DNA of 64,000 nt from Octopus vulgaris. Lineage: Eukaryota. A program made the position numbers and the translations under genes. The stretch is from positions 170,872,001 to 170,936,000 of the forward strand of contig OX597815.1 of the NCBI GenBank assembly GCA_951406725.2, written 5' to 3'. This document shows positions 56,781 to 64,000 of the stretch, piece by piece. Each line of letters begins with the position of its first letter. The stretch's first letter is position 1. A model generated the notes under the pieces. That model was not told the origin of the DNA. It saw only the letters and a list, made by a program, of their open reading frames with translations, and did no database searches.

Positions 56781-59016
56781 TATATATGTCAACAATAATC
56801 TGGTGATAAAGTTAAGATGAAACTATTGTATTATGCAATAAAGCATGTTTGCTCAATTCAATCCACCTGTTTGCGTATTATATATATAAGAGTATAATTG
56901 ATATCCAGACGTTATTATCCATGTTGTGATGTGTTAAACTAAATATTGTGTAAACAAACATTATCCATCCTCAGCTGCTTGAAACAGAAAGGAACGACAT
57001 TAGTTCTTCAGGCCTGCAAGTTCATTAACTGTAAAATGAACTATGTCATGCTTCTTAGAATAGCATCTCCTCACCTGCTTCTTAATTTACTCCGTATAAT
57101 TGTCTCTATAATATAAATATGCTCAGCTAACTACTAACTAACGTTGTTTGACATTTCTGTCTCCTCATTAATTCCATGCTCACAGTCACCAACTTTGCTG
57201 TTTGGTATGATTTAATGAGATGCTTCCGAAATAATGAAAACATATGTACAATAAGATTATGAATTAATTCAAAGTGAGTCAGACTCAGGATCACGAGAAT
57301 TCTTCTTCCCTGAGTGGAATAATCTTGTAAATCTAATCATATGTGTCAACCTGAATTATAACATTCTTTCTGTTGAAGGACACCTCATATAATGTTTACA
57401 GTAGACGTAACTCTTAATAAGATTAACTGAAATTTAAATGATTCAAATGAAGTCAGCGTTTAATACTATTTTTCAAGAGTTCATTTATGCATTAAAATAT
57501 GCCGAACCTGTGAGAATTCTATCAAATATTTATGTTTCTTCCTTTCTATTGAAATGAACTCTTTTCTATTAAAGTGAATACGTACAAAGTAACATAATCC
57601 AAATTAAGGTTCTCTTGCCTAGTCAAACATAATTTCTATTCCAATAAAGCTTTATTTCATACCATCATACCATTCTGAAAATTTTGCCCATATTTTTCTT
57701 ATGATCAGCAACCATTGGTTTATTATCGCGGGTTTTAAAGACTGTAACTATCTCAACGTTCTCTAAAATGTTCAAAATTAATAAACTGAATTTTTACATA
57801 TCTAAAACTTTTCAAACAAGCTGCTTATTATTACACAGAATTATAAATACATATTTATAATTTTTTCCTGTATTGTATTTATTTGATTCTTCTATGGTAG
57901 ATTAAACTTAAACTTGTTATTAGACAGAATATTGACTCTGGTTTCCTAACAAGCAATTCTCAATGTAATTTAATAGCATTAGATCGGTGAGAAATGATAA
58001 ATATATCTCTGTTGAGAGTAGAATCGGTTCGATATTAATTTTCAAGACTGACAGAGTAATTTATGTTAGAAAGACTTCGTCAATATTCTCTTTTCTTTCT
58101 AAAGTATGAATAGAAACAAGCAAGCAAACAAACAAACAAACAAAGTAAATAAATAAATAAAAATGTTAGAGAAAAATCATTAAAGTAATAATGTATTTTA
58201 ACTATTTTGTTTTAACACGTCAATACAGATACTGTTCTTCTCTAAATATATTCTATCATTCCTACATGAATATAAATGATTTAGCCAAATCGATGTATGT
58301 CACTGTGGTTACATTGAAACTGCTGTAAAGTAATTGTTATTAAATATTAGTACTCGTCTTCTCCCGCCTTTTGCCACGTCTGCTGTCAATAAGTCAATAG
58401 AGCAAGAATAACAGAACTTAGTCGCATGACAACTAAACCTGTATCCTCCATTACGATGCAATTTTCTTGTAATATTTTATAAGTTAGTCTATATATAGTA
58501 ATTAAAACCATATCGTTAAACGCTTGTTACAGTGCTTAACTAAATTCACTGTCAATAAGAAAATTGTTTACATAAATCGGTAATATAAAGGAAACTTATT
58601 TTTATATCGTTGTTACATTAGTATAATAACTAATAACATCAAAATTACTATTTCCAGATAAATATCGAGATCGTCAAACAGATATAATATTGTAAATAGG
58701 AAATGGTAAACGTAAATAAGCAAATAACAGCTATAAACGAAGAATTATGAAGACAAAAAATCATTGCAGATTAAAAACTCAGTGCATAAAATAGGAAATC
58801 AATCAGAAATAGATATTCTGTATACAATAAGTATGACAGGAAACGATAATCAGAAATAAATGATCGTAAATTAATATAATGTTGAAGACATAATCGAATT
58901 ATATAACTCTAAGAAATGTTTTGTCTAATGGTTATTTTATTTGTCAGGATATTAGTAAGTGATTGATTTATTTTGAATGGAGACCTTTTTATTATTCCAT
59001 CTTATATTTCATTGAA

Positions 59017-59787
<771 letters not shown>

Positions 59788-60056
59788 GTGTATAATCTAC
59801 ACATATGTGACTGACACATATGCAATACTTACATGATTTTTCGTAGTTATCTCTTATATTGCTGTTAAAAGCTGTCCAACAGTAAATTCATTGTCTTTTG
59901 ACGTCTCCGTGCTGAGCTTCACAACCACTGAAAAATAAATAAATATATATCAATAAGGCAATTAGGTTATGATAGGAAATTATATTCCAGCCATAGATAA
60001 CCTGTCCCCACAACACAAACTTCTTTCTATTCCCCGCAACACAATTGTCTTTCTCA

Positions 60057-60098
<42 letters not shown>

Positions 60099-60102
<4 letters not shown>

Positions 60103-60239
60103 TATTTGCCACTTAAATGTGGCTAACCACGAAGGGTGGATGCTACAGTAGCTTGTAGTCCCAGGAGAACATCTTCTCCAGCTGGCTATTGACACACATT
60201 CTGAGCCGTGGTTAGCCACATCTAAGTGGTAAATATACT
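60099..60239. mobile_element. Small MITE / foldback element (about 140 bp)
   Basis: 33-bp inverted repeats AGTATATTT(G/A)CCACTTA(A/G)ATGTGGCTAACCACG at 60099-60131 and 60207-60239 (2 mismatches). Confidence 0.8.
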
Positions 60240-60290
60240 TCACGTTGTCGTGCAGCTACTGTCTATACCTCGTTCAGAGATTTACTATTG

Positions 60291-60336
<46 letters not shown>

Positions 60337-60339
60337 TGT

Positions 60340-60870
60340 TTTTCGTATTAGTTGATTTGATACATTTTCACTAAACCTGTTCTGATATGTGACATTTGGT
60401 GACAGAGAGAGTTTGGCGTTGCAGCCCTTATCTGTGAGTCTTGCCTTGAGATAGTTTCATACAGAACTCTTGTCAGAAACAGATCCAGTTCTATTTTGAA
60501 AACGTCTACATCTCGAGCTTTGTGAGAGGATATTGAAGAGATTTGGGATTTTGAAGCCCAAGCTGTTGCAGTATCTGGTCTTTTTATCCTGATGACAATG
60601 TTAGGACTGTTTGCACTATTCAGTGGCGCCCCGTCATGCTGTTTGAGTAACAGTACCCGATATGTCACATTGAGTGGATGCTTTTTGTGTAGCTTCGACG
60701 GATAGCCTCGAGTTCCGTCGTTAATTTTACACTGTTTAGTGATCCAAATGGTAATCCAGGCGGCTGAGGATTACAGTCCTCCAGGTGACTAACATGGTTT
60801 CCTTTTCTCTCCTTTTGAAAGCTTGAAATATCCCTCCGGCCAAGCGTCTGCATTGTATGGCCAACTTGGT
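60340..60870 (-). mobile_element. Second, more decayed CR1/L2-group LINE 3' fragment
   Basis: DVDVFKIELDLFLTRVLYETISRQDSQIRAATPNSLCHQM aligns by eye with DVDVFKRELNLWLAEIPDEPISKQETQKKTVASNSILHQM at 10590-10715. Confidence 0.75.
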
Positions 60871-60884
60871 ACACACACACACAC

Positions 60885-60965
<81 letters not shown>

Positions 60966-61429
60966 TGACTGGTAGTGCAGGGTAGCACCTACATTGCTAG
61001 AAATAAGAGCTACTGCAACCTATTCAGTTTACCGTGAATTTGATGGGAACAAAATGTTAGCATGAAAATGAGGGGAATGCACTAAACTGGGGTCCAGTTT
61101 AGAAAATCCGAAAATACCACCCGAATATATGTATGCAAGATTGCGTCAAATAACTTACTGTCTTATAACCGAATCCGCGTTAAATGAGACATGCGTTCTA
61201 GAGTTATAAACAGGGTTTCATAATTATATATATAATTAAATGTAGGTGTGTGTGTGTATCTGTGTGTGTGTACATATCTCTGTTTATATGTGCGTTTGTA
61301 TTAATGCATGATTTTGTATACCAGTCAATGTATTCTTTTGTAAGGCAGTACCTTATTACTTATTCGAACAGAAATCGTCATTTCTAATATAATAGTTTTG
61401 CAATAATATTTAGCCAGATATAGGGTAAC

Positions 61430-61830
61430 AAGTAGGTAGAATCGTTAGCACGCCGGGCGAAAGGCTTAGCGGTATTTCGACTGTCGTTACGTTGTGAGTT
61501 CAAATTCCGCCGAGGTCGACTTTGCCTTTCATCCTTTCGGGGTCGATAAATAAGTAACAGTTGAACACTGGGGTCGATATAATCGACTTAATCAGTTTAT
61601 TTGTCCTTGTTTTTCCTCTCTGTGTTTAGCCCCTTGTGGGTAGTAAAGAAATGGGTATTTCGTCTGCCGTTATTTTCTGAGTTCAAATTCCGCTGAAGTC
61701 AGCTTTACCTTTCATCCTTTCGGGATCGATTAAATAAGTACCAGTTACGCACAGGGGTCGATGTAATTGACTTAATCCTTTTGTCTCTCCTTGTTTGTCA
61801 CCTCTATGTTTATTTCCCATGCAGACAATA
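61430..61830 (+). mobile_element. Tandem (dimeric) SINE of the 30272 family
   Basis: The unit GTATTTCG...GTTCAAATTCCGC...CATCCTTTCGGG...CCTTGTTT is repeated from about 61472 and about 61655. Confidence 0.8.
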
Positions 61831-61859
61831 CATATTTAACCAGATATATACGGTACGCT

Positions 61860-62067
61860 TTTAGTCTTTTACTTGTTTCATTCATCAGACAGCGGCCATG
61901 CTGGAGTACCACCTTGAAGAGTTTTAGTTGAAGAAATCGACCTCAAGACTTATTTCTAAACGTAGTACATATTCCATCGGTCTCTTTTGAGAACCATTAA
62001 GTTACGTTGACGCAAACACACCAACATTGGTTTCAAGCAGTGAGGGGGGACAAATACAGACACAAAG

Positions 62068-62125
<58 letters not shown>

Positions 62126-62700
62126 GACGGGCGTCATTCAATTTCCGTCTACCAAATCTTCTCACAAGACTTTGGTCGGCGCGGGGATATAGCAGAAGAC
62201 ACTTGCCCAAGGTGCCTCGCAATGGGACTGAACCCGGAACCGTGTGGTTGAGAAGCAAGCTTCTTACTACACAGCCACACTTCAGCTTATAATAAGGCAA
62301 AACACTTCTGTATTAGACTATTATTATTTCTAGAAGAATTTGTATTAATGGCTTTGATATATTATTACATACAGCTACGAAAATATTACGTGTATATGTG
62401 TGTGTGAGTGTGTGCGTGTGTGTGTGTGTGTGTTTGTAAGTGTGTTTGTGTGCGCATGTGTTTGTTGGTATGTGCATGTATGCATATAACCGTATGTGTG
62501 TGTCCTTTTGTTTGTGTTTAACCCCCATCGACGATCTTGTTTTATTTATTTTCCCGTAACCTAGCGTTTCAACGCAGAGAGCCAAATAGAATAAGCACCA
62601 GACATTACCATAAAGAACTCGTGTCGATTTATTCGACTAAACCCTTCAAGGTGGTGTGCCAGCAAAACCGAGGTCTAACGACTGGAACAAGTAATAGATG
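61860..62700. mobile_element. SINEs of the 10862 family (- full copy 61860-62282; + tail fragment about 62500-62700)
   Basis: Family head, body and tail motifs as above. Confidence 0.78.
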
Positions 62701-64000
62701 AAACATATCTTGTGAGGAGTGTAGAATAAGTTATAAATTTCAGCAAAACAGCTCCTCTTATTCCCCTGGTGTTCGATTGACTGGAAAAACAGCTAGAAAT
62801 GTTCATCTGTCCCCTTGTACATTTCCTTCCTTCTAAATAAAAGTCATATAAATTATCATATAAAAGTCATATATATTATCATATATATTTGTGACCAACT
62901 AGCGATTATTTTTTGTCATATACATTTATTTTAGGGGAGTAGCCTAATTCAGTGACTTTTTAAACATTTTATTGTTTTATGTAAGGAACTAAATAAAATA
63001 CATTATTTTAAAAGACCTGTCCTTTATTACACTGGTAATATTAATCTGTAATATACGGAAAACACAGGAATTCTCGAACGCAGGACGGCTGTGAAGACAA
63101 CTTAGAAAATCGGGTAAATAGCCTTAAAAGACGGGGGAAAATGGCCTGTACAGAGAATCGAACCCTAGAATCATTATTTTGACATCTTCATAGATGTGAA
63201 GACCATTTAAAAGAATAAAGTCCTTAATTACTATAGTGTATCTGGCAATAGGCAGATAAAGATGGGTATATCATTGAGCGGGCAAACGGGCAAGCACCAA
63301 TTAAAGAAATATGCAAAGTATAAAAAAATATGCAAAGTTCCTGCCATATTCAAGAGAAGTAGCATTAGTAATAAAGTATGTTATCTACAAAACGAACTTC
63401 TAGCTAGAGGGAATATCACCTACTTTTCTGTAATAGTCACCAGAAGCTGTCGAAACTAATATACAGAAAATTGGCGAAAATGCCAAGCTCATATTAAAAT
63501 TAACTATATAGGTGTCTGTTTTCAGTGGAAGAGGCTGAGTTGAAATCATTACGACGGTATACAGTGAGTAGGTGTGCAAATTTAACTTGGACAGGTTCTT
63601 GAGTGGTCTTACTTGGAACAGTGCCTGAGTTCATTCATATTTTCATTTTACTCATGAATAGCACGATAGCAAGTTCGTTTAGACTTCGATACAGATCGAA
63701 ATTTTATGTTTGGCAATGTTGACACATAATATGTTGGTTGTGAGAGAAGGAAAAGACTTTCAGTGATGTCAGAATGGCTATTTTATTCACTGGCTTGTTG
63801 ACTGAATTGCTGTTGTAATTTAGTACGTACTACTTAGAAGGCGTATATCCCTTGCGGCAATTGCGTTTGGTGAGGAAGCAGATAGGGATAACAGAGGAGA
63901 TATTAGAGGTAGTAGGGTAATGTTCCAGTAGTGTGAGGAAGGAAAACTGTGATATGTAAGCAGGGCATAAAAATCGATCTAAAAAGAGGCAGCTGATGCA

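Overview
This is eukaryotic, AT-rich, microsatellite-dense genomic DNA. It is most likely cephalopod (Octopus-like), an inference from the SINE families, the (TA/CA/TAGA/TAA)n density and a mollusc-type innexin. One host gene is recognisable: a minus-strand innexin (unc-9/pannexin-like gap-junction protein). Nearly all of its CDS lies in one 1207-nt exon (44986-43780) behind a phase-2 splice acceptor. The best candidate first coding exon is a 17-nt ATG-led exon at 50776-50760 (MADFLA). Other compatible upstream donors raise the possibility of alternative N-termini. The rest of the window is a layered transposon landscape: two R4/Dong-type restriction-like-endonuclease LINE copies inside a (TAA)n array, a decayed Tx1/L1-like LINE, CR1/L2-group LINE 3' ends, several Penelope-like remnants with degenerate hammerhead-ribozyme motifs, a non-autonomous Helitron, TIR MITEs, a mariner fragment, and many tRNA-derived SINEs with shuffled modules. 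Most ORFs in the supplied track are microsatellite translations. All calls come from reading the sequence by eye; no searches were run.
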